Below, in pieces: positions 30,104 through 39,780 of a stretch of DNA of 64,000 nt. The notes beneath the pieces are model-generated. The model ran no database searches and was not told where the DNA came from. It worked only from the letters and a program-made list of their open reading frames with translations. Origin of the DNA: Gemmatimonadota bacterium (GTDB taxonomy: Bacteria; Gemmatimonadota; Gemmatimonadetes; Palauibacterales; Palauibacteraceae); NCBI GenBank assembly GCA_029262175.1, contig JAJCZV010000072.1, positions 152,537-216,536 on the forward strand, written 5' to 3'. How positions within the stretch are numbered: position 1 is the stretch's first letter; the number at the start of each line of letters is the position of its first letter. A program made the translations under genes and the position numbers.

Positions 30104-31789
30104 ATGCCACCGAAGATCCGCCGTATCCCCGCCTCGGTCGCGTCCCTCGCGCTGCTGCTTCTGACGGCCTGGCCGTTAGCCGCGCAATTTCAAGATGGTC
30201 GGGTTCCCGATTCCGGGCAGCTGTGGTTCCATCTAAACCCGACGCTTGAAAACTGGAGCGACCAGTTCGCCCAGAACTCCAGTCTTTTCGCCGATGGCGA
30301 AAAGGAACCGCTGTTCGCGCACGTAGATGGCCCCATCGTGGGCCGGCTGTTTCCAGGCGCAGGCCCGCTCCTGGACGACATCAATACCGACGCGGCGGTC
30401 TTGGGTTTCGACGCCGTCGTTGAATCTGATCTCTCGCTGGGCGCGCTCGACTTTTCCACCATCAGCGCTCAGAAGCGGACGTTGGGTCTGGGGTTTGAAC
30501 TCGGCGTCATCGACGGGCTGAGCATCGGATTCAACGCTCCCTTCACCCTCACCGATGTCGAATCGGCTTTCGCCTTCGACTCTCTGTCCGCGACGGTGAC
30601 GTCGGCGACATCGGCGTTTCCCGCGAGCGGCACGTTCTTCACCGAATCCCAAACCGCGCTGACCGGTCTCCAGGCGCTCATCGACGGCGGTTCGCTGACG
30701 GGACCCGCGCTCACCGACGCGATGACGCTCCGAGACGATGCCGATGCATTCCTGACGGCTCTGCAGGGTCGTTCGAGCGCCGGGGGTTTGATCCCGACGG
30801 CCGCGAGCCCTGCCGGTGCTCAGATGGCCCAGCGCTTTGCCGATCTGATGACCGCCTTCGACGCGTTGGGGCTCGCCCTTCCCGGCCTGACACTTCCGAC
30901 CAGTGCGACGTCGGGAGATCTGGACCGACTCTTCTTGAACTCGCTTGCCGCCTTCGCCCCCACGAGCGCTCGCAACGGGATGCGTCTTGGAGAGGTGGAG
31001 CTCTCCGCACGATTCAACTTGATCGACGGTATCACGCGACGCCGCAGCCCCGGCCCCGATCTGTCCGCGGTCGACTCGACGGGCGCCGCACCCGCCGCCC
31101 TCGACTCGGCTGACCTCGCGACTCCGAGCGCGGCCCTACAGCTACGCACCACGGTCGGTGTCACGCTTCGCCTGCCAGTGTTGTCGGCGAGCTTTCCTCC
31201 GTTCGCGAACGCTCCGAATTTTGTGGACGTGCCCATCGGCGACGGACAGACCGACATCGAGCTCGCGTTGTATCAGGACGTCTCGTATCGAAAGCTCCTG
31301 TTTCGCAGCATGGCGTTGTACGGGATACAGCGACCCGACGCTCTCATTCTCAGAGTTGCGCCCCCCGATCGGCCCTTCGCCTTCGAGTCGCTTCAGACCA
31401 TCGTATTTAGGGACCTCGGCGACTACCTGATGATTACGTTGCGGCCCTCGTTGCGTCTCAACTCGGCCTTGAGCGTTGGACTCGAATGGGAGTATTTTCG
31501 GCTTGGCGCGCCTTCCTTTGCGTTGAGCGAACCTCTCGCGGACGTCGCCGATGCCGGGGTCTTGGCCCTCGAGGGCGCGCAGCAACGGCAACGCATCGGG
31601 ATCGGCCTCACCTACGACCTTTCGGAGGCACAGGGTCGGGAAAGCCTCTCGAGCGGCACCCCTCAAGTAAGGTCGCCCCTGCAATTCGGGATTTCGCTGC
31701 GGACTCCGCTATCGGGTTCCGGCGGTTTGACCCCGGCCTCGTTTCGATTCGCATCGGGCTTCCGAATCCCGCTCGGGAAGATCTTCTAA
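30104..31789 (+). CDS. secreted hypothetical protein, probable outer-membrane beta-barrel (C-terminal Phe)
   Basis: Long ORF 29387-31789 but its 5' part overlaps the CAX gene antisense; plausible start ATG 30104 (MPPKIRRIPASVASLALLLLTAWPLAAQ signal); ends ...FRFASGFRIPLGKIF. Confidence 0.55.
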   Translation: MPPKIRRIPASVASLALLLLTAWPLAAQFQDGRVPDSGQLWFHLNPTLENWSDQFAQNSSLFADGEKEPLFAHVDGPIVGRLFPGAGPLLDDINTDAAVLGFDAVVESDLSLGALDFSTISAQKRTLGLGFELGVIDGLSIGFNAPFTLTDVESAFAFDSLSATVTSATSAFPASGTFFTESQTALTGLQALIDGGSLTGPALTDAMTLRDDADAFLTALQGRSSAGGLIPTAASPAGAQMAQRFADLMTAFDALGLALPGLTLPTSATSGDLDRLFLNSLAAFAPTSARNGMRLGEVELSARFNLIDGITRRRSPGPDLSAVDSTGAAPAALDSADLATPSAALQLRTTVGVTLRLPVLSASFPPFANAPNFVDVPIGDGQTDIELALYQDVSYRKLLFRSMALYGIQRPDALILRVAPPDRPFAFESLQTIVFRDLGDYLMITLRPSLRLNSALSVGLEWEYFRLGAPSFALSEPLADVADAGVLALEGAQQRQRIGIGLTYDLSEAQGRESLSSGTPQVRSPLQFGISLRTPLSGSGGLTPASFRFASGFRIPLGKIF

Positions 31790-31849
31790 GGAAAAGACGG
31801 GGCCGGCCCAGGCCCTGCTGCCGAGCCGCCTAGTGGCGGGCCTCGCAGC

Positions 31850-33514
31850 TTACAGACGGCCTGCCAGTAGTTCCTCCGCGTGCGCGCGGGACGCATCGCT
31901 GTCCGGGTCTCCTCCAAGCATTCGCGCCACTTCGCTGACCCGTTGGTCACCATAGAGCTCACGAACGGAGGTCTTGGTCTCTCCTTGACGCGCAGCTTTA
32001 CCCACCGAGTAGTGCGCGTCCGCATGCGCGGCGATTTGCGCCAGGTGGGTCACCACCAAGACTTGATGACTCGTCGCGACTCGGACCAGACGCGCGGCGA
32101 CCTGATGAGCCACCGTCCCGCCGATGCCGGCATCCACCTCGTCGAAGATGAGGATCGGCACATCGTCCACCGACACGAGCGCGGTCTCCAAGGCCAGCAT
32201 GAGCCGGCTCAACTCGCCGCCAGAGGCGACGCGAGCGAGCGGCGCCGGTGGGAAACCGGGGTTCAACGACACGAGGAACTCGACGCGCTCTGCGCCGGCT
32301 CGGCCCGGAGCGTCGAGCGGCTCCAGCCCGATCTCGAACCGCCCGCCCTCCAGACCCAAGCCCGAGAGCGTCGCGTTGACGGCCCCAGCGAGTTTGGACG
32401 AGGCCCGCAGCCGTGCCTTCGCCAGGTCCTTTGTCCGTTGATGGAACAGAGAAGCCGCATGTCCGCGAGCCGCGTCGAGTCGCGCGATCTCATCGTCCGC
32501 CCCCTCGATCGAGTCCAACTCCGCGCGAGCTTTGGCGCCCGCCTCGATGATCGTCGTGAGCGGCTCTCCGTACTTTCGTTTGAGTCGATACAGCAGATCT
32601 TGGCGCTCCCGAATTACGTCTAGAGTCGCGGGGTCATGCTCGACCGATTCGCGGTACGGCCCGAGCTCACGCCCCAGCTCTTCGATCGTTCGCAACGCCG
32701 ACTCGAAGAGATCCGCGAAGCGAAGCCCGCTTTCGTCGATCTGGACCAGCGCATCGAGCCGGCCGCCGATGTCGCCAAGCTGCTCGACGATGGAGCCTTC
32801 GCCTTCGTACAGACGGTGATGAAGCTCCTCTGCAAGTCTCGTTAGCTCTTCCGAGTGCGACAGACGACTCGACTCGGTCTCGAGCGCGCGTTCTTCATCC
32901 GCGTCCAACTCCGCCGCCTCGATCTCCTCCGCCTTGAATCGGAGATAGTCGGCGCGCTCGCGACCTGCCGTCGCGGCTGCCCTCACGGACTCGAGACGAC
33001 CTTCGATCTCGACCATCTCGTCCCACATTCCGAGCACATCAGCGGCAACGTCTTCGTGCCCTCCGTAGGCGTCGAGCATGCGTCGCTGCTCCGCTCGGTC
33101 GAGCAGACGTTGGTGCTCGTGTTGACCATGGATGTCCAGGAGTCGCGCACCAAGTGTCTTGAGCAGCCCCGTCGTCGACGGCGAGCCGTTGACCCACGCT
33201 CGGTGCCGGCCTTCGCGGCGTAGCTCTCGCCGGAGAATGAGCCATCCATCCTCGGTATCGACTCCGGCCTCCGCGCAGAGCCCCTCGAGACCGTCGACTC
33301 CGGCAACTTCAAACCGGCCCTCGAGGGTAGCTCTGGACTGACCCGCTCGGATCATGTCGGGCGATGGGCGTCCCCCTACCAGAAGCGCCAACGCTTCAAC
33401 CAGAATGGATTTTCCCGCGCCGGTCTCGCCGCTCAGAACGCTGAGCCCGGGTCCGAATTCCAGGCTGAGTTCCTCGACGACGGCGAAGTTTCGGATCCGA
33501 AGCTCGCGCAGCAT
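31850..33514 (-). CDS. recN: DNA repair protein RecN
   Basis: 554 aa; MLRELRIRNFAVVEELSLEFGPGLSVLSGETGAGKSIL (Walker A), SMC-like coiled coil, C-terminal signature. Confidence 0.9.
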   Translation of the reverse strand: MLRELRIRNFAVVEELSLEFGPGLSVLSGETGAGKSILVEALALLVGGRPSPDMIRAGQSRATLEGRFEVAGVDGLEGLCAEAGVDTEDGWLILRRELRREGRHRAWVNGSPSTTGLLKTLGARLLDIHGQHEHQRLLDRAEQRRMLDAYGGHEDVAADVLGMWDEMVEIEGRLESVRAAATAGRERADYLRFKAEEIEAAELDADEERALETESSRLSHSEELTRLAEELHHRLYEGEGSIVEQLGDIGGRLDALVQIDESGLRFADLFESALRTIEELGRELGPYRESVEHDPATLDVIRERQDLLYRLKRKYGEPLTTIIEAGAKARAELDSIEGADDEIARLDAARGHAASLFHQRTKDLAKARLRASSKLAGAVNATLSGLGLEGGRFEIGLEPLDAPGRAGAERVEFLVSLNPGFPPAPLARVASGGELSRLMLALETALVSVDDVPILIFDEVDAGIGGTVAHQVAARLVRVATSHQVLVVTHLAQIAAHADAHYSVGKAARQGETKTSVRELYGDQRVSEVARMLGGDPDSDASRAHAEELLAGRL

Positions 33515-34497
33515 TACGCCTCCGGTGCCGGCGCGCCGCCAGGCTGGTCGCCAGGCCCCTCCGCGGGCTCCTGATCGGGGTGCTCACTGGGCTCCTCACC
33601 GGGCTCCTCACCCCGCCCATGAGGCCGGACATCACCCCATCGCAGCTTGCGTCGGAGCACGCTGAAGAACGAGTAGTCCGGCAGACGAACGAGCTTGACC
33701 GGGTGGCGAGCCCGCACGATTTCCACGATGTCCCCGACCTCCAGCTGACAACCGCGCTGTCCATCGACCGTGAGTTGAAGATCGTGATCGCCGGACAGCA
33801 GTTCGACGGCAATCCTGGTTTCGCCTGGGAACACGACGGGGCGCACCGCGAGGGTGTGCGGAGAAATCGGCGTGGCCACGATCCCCTCCATGGTCGGCGC
33901 GACGATGGGTCCCCCGGCAGAAAGGCTGTACGCCGTCGAGCCGGTGGCCGTGGCCACGATAATCCCGTCGGCGCTGTAGTGTCCGACCTCGTCGGCGTCC
34001 GCCAGAACCCGCAGCCCGATCAAACGAGCGAAGCCGCTCTTGTGGATCACCGCGTCGTTCACGGCATAGAACGACTGGTCGGCGTTCCGACCCGCGCCGT
34101 TGGCGGGCACGTTGATGCGAAGCGCCATGCGGTCCTCCGTCGCGTACTCCCCGCCGGCCACGCTCTCGAGGGCGGCCTCCAACTCACCTTTGGGCACCAG
34201 CGTCAAGAACCCGAGCCGACCGAGATTGCACCCGAGGACGGGGATACCCAGCGGGCCCGCGAAGCGTGCCGCGCGCAACAAGGTGCCGTCTCCCCCAAGC
34301 GTCAGGATCAAATCGAGATCGCCTTGCACGTCTTCGAGCGTCGTCGCCACCCGCGCCGCTCCTTGGGCCAACGCCGGCTCGAAGACCAGCTCGAGCCCGA
34401 GCCTGCTGGCCTCGCGTTCCACGCGCGCGAGCACGGCCTCCAAACCCGTGTATTCCGGATTCCCGATAATGGCTACGCGCATCCGCGTCGACCCCAT
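33514..34497 (-). CDS. nadK: NAD+ kinase with Pro/Glu-rich C-terminal extension
   Basis: 327 aa; GGDGTLL motif, NE/DGIIVATATGSTAYSLSAGGPIV; ~45-aa acidic low-complexity tail. Confidence 0.85.
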   Translation of the reverse strand: MGSTRMRVAIIGNPEYTGLEAVLARVEREASRLGLELVFEPALAQGAARVATTLEDVQGDLDLILTLGGDGTLLRAARFAGPLGIPVLGCNLGRLGFLTLVPKGELEAALESVAGGEYATEDRMALRINVPANGAGRNADQSFYAVNDAVIHKSGFARLIGLRVLADADEVGHYSADGIIVATATGSTAYSLSAGGPIVAPTMEGIVATPISPHTLAVRPVVFPGETRIAVELLSGDHDLQLTVDGQRGCQLEVGDIVEIVRARHPVKLVRLPDYSFFSVLRRKLRWGDVRPHGRGEEPGEEPSEHPDQEPAEGPGDQPGGAPAPEA

Positions 34498-34552
34498 CTT
34501 TTTTGAATTCTACGGCTATACCGGATCATCGGCCCCACGTGTCAATTGTGGA

Positions 34553-35446
34553 TCAACGGTCGCGTTCGAGGACGAGCCGTGCGAGCGACTCGAGTCCGTT
34601 CGTGTGCCCGAGCGGTTCGAGTTGTTCCAGCGCCTCGGCTCCAAGTCGCTTCGCTCGACTCCGGGCTCCCTCCAAACCGAAGACGGAAGGTGTGGTCGCT
34701 TTGCCAAGTTCCTCGTCCCGCCCTCCCGTCTTTCCCATCCGATGCGTCGAACCGGTCCGATCGAGAATGTCATCGACCGACTGAAACGCCAAACCGAGGG
34801 CTTCGCCGTAGCGGGTCAGTCGCTCCACCGTCGCCTCCGATGGAGCCGCCGCGAGTGCGCCGATCGCGCACGAAGCCGCGATCAGCCGGGCCGTCTTGCC
34901 GGCGTGGATGCGCTCGAGCTCCGCCGCTCCGATCGCCACGCCTTCGGCCCGGAGGTCGAGGAGCTGTCCGCCGACCATACCGCCCCCGCCAGACGCCGCG
35001 GTGAGCGTGATGATAATCCTGGATGCGAGCTCCTGGCTGAGCCCGAGCTCCGCGGTCGCATCAACGACCGTTCGCACCGCCAGCGGCATCAACGCCGCAC
35101 CGGCATAGATCGCAGCGGAGACGCCGAACTTCACATGAGCCGTGGGTCGTCCGCGGCGAAGATCGTCATCGTCCATGCAAGGGAGATCATCGTGGATCAG
35201 CGAGTAGGCATGTACGAGCTCGGGACCGCAAGCGAGGCGATACAGGGCACGCTCCGGCAGCGCGTCGAGTCGTCCGCCCGCGGCCTCCCAGCTCGCGATC
35301 ACCAGCAGTGGCCGAATCCGTTTACCGGGCGCGAGCACCGCATGCCGAATCGGCTCCGCGATCTCGCCGGGGGCGCACACCAGACGCTCGTCCAACCACG
35401 CGGCAAGCGCTTGATCGATCCCGTCGCGAACCCGTTCGAGATCCAT
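34553..35446 (-). CDS. ispA: polyprenyl diphosphate synthase (farnesyl/geranylgeranyl diphosphate synthase, IspA-like)
   Basis: 297 aa; first and second Asp-rich motifs (LIHDDLPCMDDDDLRRGRPT and FQSVDDILD). Confidence 0.85.
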   Translation of the reverse strand: MDLERVRDGIDQALAAWLDERLVCAPGEIAEPIRHAVLAPGKRIRPLLVIASWEAAGGRLDALPERALYRLACGPELVHAYSLIHDDLPCMDDDDLRRGRPTAHVKFGVSAAIYAGAALMPLAVRTVVDATAELGLSQELASRIIITLTAASGGGGMVGGQLLDLRAEGVAIGAAELERIHAGKTARLIAASCAIGALAAAPSEATVERLTRYGEALGLAFQSVDDILDRTGSTHRMGKTGGRDEELGKATTPSVFGLEGARSRAKRLGAEALEQLEPLGHTNGLESLARLVLERDR

Positions 35447-35448
35447 GA

Positions 35449-35739
35449 CTATGCGGACTCTTCGTCTTCTTCATACTCCCAGTCTTCGTCGTCATCTTCA
35501 TCGACATCCGCCAGCGGCCGTGTCTCCAGCTCTCCCGTGGCCGTCGCGATGAGTTCTTCGACTCGCCCGGACGCGCTGTCGAGCCAGGCGTTCGCCCGTT
35601 TGAGTCGATCGATGCCCCGTTCGAAGAGTGCGACCGCCTCGTCCAGTCCCACTCCTTCACGGTCGAGCTTCGAGACGATCTCCTCCAACTCCTCGAGCGT
35701 GGCCTCGAACTCGACGTCCCCGTCCCCGGCTGTCGTCAT
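35449..35739 (-). CDS. xseB: exodeoxyribonuclease VII small subunit
   Basis: 96 aa; FEATLEELEEIVSKLDREGVGLDEAVALFERGIDRLKRANAWLDSA typical XseB; acidic tail. Confidence 0.85.
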   Translation of the reverse strand: MTTAGDGDVEFEATLEELEEIVSKLDREGVGLDEAVALFERGIDRLKRANAWLDSASGRVEELIATATGELETRPLADVDEDDDEDWEYEEDEESA

Positions 35740-36929
35740 TCCTGCTCCCGTTCCTCGGTTCGAGCTACGATCGCTCCGTCGCGGACACGAAGCCGAAACG
35801 GCGTGCCCACCTCGAAGTCGCCGGTCGTCGCCAGGAGACCTCCGCCCGGCGAGGTGGGGACCGCGTAGCCCCGGGCCAAGGTCGCAAGCGGGCTCAACAC
35901 GTCGAGTCGGCCGGCCACGGCGCCGAGTTGACCTCGCTTCGCCTCGATCATCCTCATCACGCGTCTCGGGAGTTGCCGCTCGGCGGCCTGGACGCGCACG
36001 CGCCCTCGCTCCACTCCACGCCGAAGCCCTCGTGCCAGGCCGGTTCCCGCCCGATCCAAACCGGCCCTGAGATTTGCGATGTCGGGTGCCGCCAGTTCGG
36101 CGGCCACAGAGGGGGTGGGAGCTCTCAGATCGGCGACCAATTCAGCCAACGTAATATCGACCTCGTGACCGATCGCGCAGATCACCGGGACCGGACACGC
36201 GGCCACGGCGCGAACCGTGAGTTCTTCGTTAAAGCACCAGAGATCTTCGGTCGAGCCGCCCCCTCGAGTCAGAATGAGCGCGTCCAGCCCGGGGACCGAC
36301 GCGAGTCGCTCTAGCGCGCCGCGGATTTCGAGGGATGCGCCTTCTCCCTGTACCCGGCAGTCGCACACGATCACGTCGAGCCACGGGCTCCGCCTCTTGA
36401 GCACGGTCAGAACGTCGTGGATCGCCGCGCCTTTGGTCGAAGTGACGACGCCCACGCGACGGGGGAATCTTGGCAGCGCGCGCTTGCGGCCCGGGTCCAG
36501 CAGTCCCTCTTCGGCAACCACTCGGCGAAGCCGCTCGAACGCGACCTGCCAAAGGCCCTCACCGGCGGCCTCCAACGTACGGACGACGAGCTGGAAACGG
36601 CCGCGAGCTTGGAAAAGCGTCGGCTGACCAAAGGCGGCGATCTCCATCCCGTCCTCGGGGTCGGCCGGCAGCCGCCAGGCATCGCCCTGGAAGAGAACGC
36701 AGTCTACTTGAGCCGAATCATCGCGAAGCGAGAAATATCGGTGTCCTTTGGAGGACTTACTCCAGTTGGTCACCTCGCCGCGCACCCAAAGCCTGGGCGC
36801 TCGATCTTCAAGGAGACGCTTCGTGGCCTCGTTTAGGGTTGCAACCGAGACCGCCGCATCGCTGGTCCGCCCGTCCGGAGGGGAAGAGGAGTCGGGGGTG
36901 AACAGGGGGATCTGACCCTCCCCGCTCAT
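35736..36929 (-). CDS. xseA: exodeoxyribonuclease VII large subunit
   Basis: 397 aa; OB-fold N-terminus (LWVRGEVTNWSKSSKGHRYFSLRDD...), catalytic domain; 4-nt overlaps with neighbours. Confidence 0.85.
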   Translation of the reverse strand: MSGEGQIPLFTPDSSSPPDGRTSDAAVSVATLNEATKRLLEDRAPRLWVRGEVTNWSKSSKGHRYFSLRDDSAQVDCVLFQGDAWRLPADPEDGMEIAAFGQPTLFQARGRFQLVVRTLEAAGEGLWQVAFERLRRVVAEEGLLDPGRKRALPRFPRRVGVVTSTKGAAIHDVLTVLKRRSPWLDVIVCDCRVQGEGASLEIRGALERLASVPGLDALILTRGGGSTEDLWCFNEELTVRAVAACPVPVICAIGHEVDITLAELVADLRAPTPSVAAELAAPDIANLRAGLDRAGTGLARGLRRGVERGRVRVQAAERQLPRRVMRMIEAKRGQLGAVAGRLDVLSPLATLARGYAVPTSPGGGLLATTGDFEVGTPFRLRVRDGAIVARTEEREQE

Positions 36930-37855
36930 CCCATGGAGGGCTGGGTCGAGGCGACCGTGCGAAGCGCGCGCTCGGCGGCCGTCACCGTGTTCTTCAGCAA
37001 CATCGCGATGGTCATGGGCCCGACCCCACCCGGGACCGGGGTAATCCAGGAAGCCCGCTCGAACGCCTCGTCAAACGCAACGTCTCCCACGAGTCGATAC
37101 CCTCGTTCGCTCGATGGGTCATCGACGCGGTTGACTCCGACATCGATGACGACCGCACCCTCTCTGACCATGTCCCCCGTGATCATCTCCGGGCGTCCTA
37201 CCGCCACGATCAGGATCTCACCCAAACGAGTGACCTCCGCCAAATTCTTCGTCCGGCTGTGCGCGACGGTCACGGTCGCATTCGCTCCGTCTTCCTTTTG
37301 CAGCATGATGGTCGACATCGGCATCCCCACGATGTTCGAGCGTCCCACAATGACCACGTGGCGACCAGAAGTGTCGATCCCCGTGCGCTTGATCAACTCC
37401 TGAATGCCCGCCGGCGTGGCCGGCCGGAACGCCTCGGGGCTTCCCTGCGCCATGCGGCCTTGATTGACGGGATGAAATCCATCGACGTCCTTTGAGGGAT
37501 CGATGCGCTCGGTCACCTCGGTCTCGTTCAGGTGTTTGGGCAACGGAAGCTGAACCAAGATCCCGTGGACGTCGGGATCCGCGTTGAGATCATCCACGAT
37601 CGCGAGCAAATCGGCCTGAGTAATATCGCCACCCGGCAGGATGTCCCGGGCCATGATGCCGGCCTCCTCGCACGCGCGCGTCTTCATCCGTACGTAGACC
37701 TGAGAGGCCGGATCCCCTCCCACGAGCACGACCCCGAGTCCCGGCCTAACCCCCTGCTCCGTCAACTTCGCCGCCCGCAGCCCGACCTCGCCGCGGATCT
37801 CGGCCGCAATCGCCTTTCCATCAATCAACTGTGCCGTCATATGCCTCTCAACCAT
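36926..37855 (-). CDS. folD: bifunctional 5,10-methylene-tetrahydrofolate dehydrogenase/cyclohydrolase
   Basis: 309 aa; QLIDGKAIAAEIR..., VLVGGDPASQVYVRMK, GRSNIVGMPM, PVPGGVGPMTIAMLL. Confidence 0.9.
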   Translation of the reverse strand: MVERHMTAQLIDGKAIAAEIRGEVGLRAAKLTEQGVRPGLGVVLVGGDPASQVYVRMKTRACEEAGIMARDILPGGDITQADLLAIVDDLNADPDVHGILVQLPLPKHLNETEVTERIDPSKDVDGFHPVNQGRMAQGSPEAFRPATPAGIQELIKRTGIDTSGRHVVIVGRSNIVGMPMSTIMLQKEDGANATVTVAHSRTKNLAEVTRLGEILIVAVGRPEMITGDMVREGAVVIDVGVNRVDDPSSERGYRLVGDVAFDEAFERASWITPVPGGVGPMTIAMLLKNTVTAAERALRTVASTQPSMG

Positions 37856-37918
37856 CGAATTCGAGTCGACGTTCTAGCGCGGGACCACCCGCGCTTCTAA
37901 CGCGGGAGACCCGCGCTT

Positions 37919-39481
37919 TTAGCGCGCGAAATCCACGGTTCGCGTCTCCCGCACAACGACCACCTTGATCTGACCCGGATACTGTAACTCGTTCTCGATC
38001 CGCCGCGCCGTATTCTCCGACAGCTCCGCCATCTCTTCATCGGAAATCTTCTCTGGCGTCACCATGATCCGAATCTCTCTACCAGCCTGGATCGCATAGA
38101 CCTTTTCGACCCCGGGGTAGGAACTCGCGATCTCCTCCAACTTCTCGAGCCGCTTCACGTAATGTTCGAAGGACTCGCGGCGCGCTCCCGGTCGGGCTCC
38201 CGAAATCGCATCGGCGGCGGTGACGAGAAACGTCTCGGGATAGCGTGCCGGCTCCTCCCCGTGATGGGCCCGGATGGCGTTGAGGACGGCGTCCTTCTCA
38301 CCGCAACGCTTGCAGAGTTCGTAGCCGATCTCGACATGGCTCCCCTCCTGGACGTGGGTGAGTCCCTTGCCGATATCGTGCAGGAGCCCCATGCGTTTTA
38401 CGAGGAGCGTATCGAGCCCTAGCTCTGCGGCCATATTCGCGGCGATGAGGGCCACCTCGCGGGCATGGGCCAATTGGTTCTGGCCATAGCTCGTGCGAAA
38501 GCGGAGCACGCCGAGCACTTCGAGAAGGTTGGGGTGAAGATCGTGGATCCCCAGTTCGTAGAGGACCTCGTCGGCGGCCTCGCGCATGGTTTTTCCCACG
38601 TCCTCGCGCGCCTTTTCCACCACTTCTTCGATCCGTCCGGGGTGGATCCGCCCGTCCCCGACCAATCGCTCCATCCCGACCCGCGCGATCTCGCGTCGCA
38701 CCGGATCGAAGCAAGAGAGAATGACGGCTTCAGGGGTGTCGTCCACGACGACGTCAACCCCGGTTGCGGCTTCGAACGAGCGAATGTTTCGGCCTTCGCG
38801 GCCGATAATCCGCCCCTTCATGTCGTCGCTGGGCAGGGCGACCACGGAAACGGCGGCCTCAGACGAGTGATCGACCGCCAGCTTCTCGATCGCCTGTGAG
38901 ATGATTTTCTTGGCCTCTCGCTCCGCCTCGCGACGAGCGCGCTCGCGCACTTCCCGAACGTGCTGGGCCGCGTCGGCACGCGCCTCGTCCTGGATCTGAC
39001 TGATCAGCTCGCGTCGGGCTTCCTCGCGGCTCAGCCCCGAGAGGCTTTCGAGCCGCTCCCCCACCCCCTGCTCGCGAATGGCGATCTCCGCGATGCGACC
39101 TTCGAGCTCGGCGCGATCTTTCTCGATGCCGTCTCGACGTTGGTCGAGCCGGTCTTGCCGCTGGTCCAAGACCTCGAGCTTTTTCTCGAGCGTTTCGCTA
39201 CGCTCGCCGGCCCGCTGCTCGAGCCGATCGACTTCGGCCCGGCGCCGCTCGGCCTCGCCCGCCCATTCTTCGCGGAGCCGTTGGGCCTCTTCACGGCCCT
39301 CTAGCTCGGCGGCCTTCTGGATACTCGTGGCCTCTTTACTCGCAGCCGTGAGTATGCGCTGCCCTTCTGCTTGTAATTTCCCTCGGGCGCGTCTAAACCC
39401 TCTTCGTTCGATCAGCGTCCCGACGAACCCCCCACCCAAGATTCCCGCGATCAGCCAGAGGGCCGCGGTCTCGAAGTTCAT
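37919..39481 (-). CDS. rny: ribonuclease Y (N-terminal TM anchor, coiled coil, KH and HD domains)
   Basis: 520 aa; TM helix AALWLIAGILGGGFVG, long coiled coil, KH (GRIIGREGRNIRSFEAATGVDVVVDD), HD domain (HDIGK). Confidence 0.9.
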   Translation of the reverse strand: MNFETAALWLIAGILGGGFVGTLIERRGFRRARGKLQAEGQRILTAASKEATSIQKAAELEGREEAQRLREEWAGEAERRRAEVDRLEQRAGERSETLEKKLEVLDQRQDRLDQRRDGIEKDRAELEGRIAEIAIREQGVGERLESLSGLSREEARRELISQIQDEARADAAQHVREVRERARREAEREAKKIISQAIEKLAVDHSSEAAVSVVALPSDDMKGRIIGREGRNIRSFEAATGVDVVVDDTPEAVILSCFDPVRREIARVGMERLVGDGRIHPGRIEEVVEKAREDVGKTMREAADEVLYELGIHDLHPNLLEVLGVLRFRTSYGQNQLAHAREVALIAANMAAELGLDTLLVKRMGLLHDIGKGLTHVQEGSHVEIGYELCKRCGEKDAVLNAIRAHHGEEPARYPETFLVTAADAISGARPGARRESFEHYVKRLEKLEEIASSYPGVEKVYAIQAGREIRIMVTPEKISDEEMAELSENTARRIENELQYPGQIKVVVVRETRTVDFAR

Positions 39482-39503
39482 GGAAAAGCCTCGAATATCT
39501 ATG

Positions 39504-39532
39504 TAAAAAAACCGGCGGATGTTCTCCCGCCG
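39504..39532 (-). terminator. rho-independent terminator immediately upstream of rny start
   Basis: Minus strand CCGGCGGgagaacatCCGCCGG followed by UUUUUUU; T-run ends 22 nt before rny ATG. Confidence 0.7.
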
Positions 39533-39780
39533 GTGCGTGCCGCTCGGATCGAGGCCGTCCGTATTCTCAGCGCTTGATCATCTATATAGATGCAGCGACG
39601 AGTTTTCTCGTCGCTGCCTAACGAACCGCAAGGCGAAAGATCCTTGTGACGAAACTGCTCCGGTGTGGAAACGCCCGCAAGACGCGGGAAAAGGAGGAAG
39701 CGGCTGGGTGCGGAGGCCAATCGCTCAGCGGGCTCGTGGTGCAGCCGCCTGGTGGCGCGACGGCCTGATCGCCTGGCGGG
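39533..39780 (-). ncRNA. candidate structured non-coding RNA between zapA and rny (6S RNA/SsrS is one possibility by synteny; identity unverified)
   Basis: ~250 nt without credible ORF, bounded by zapA stop and the terminator; contains perfect 11-bp hairpin GCAGCGACGAGaaaaCTCGTCGCTGC, palindrome ATCTATATAGAT and small hairpin CCCGCgtcttGCGGG. Confidence 0.2.

Noticed and set aside
39499-39720. 73-aa minus-strand ORF in the zapA-rny gap
   Set aside because: Runs through the strong hairpins and the terminator, low-complexity composition, no RBS; region is better explained as structured non-coding RNA.
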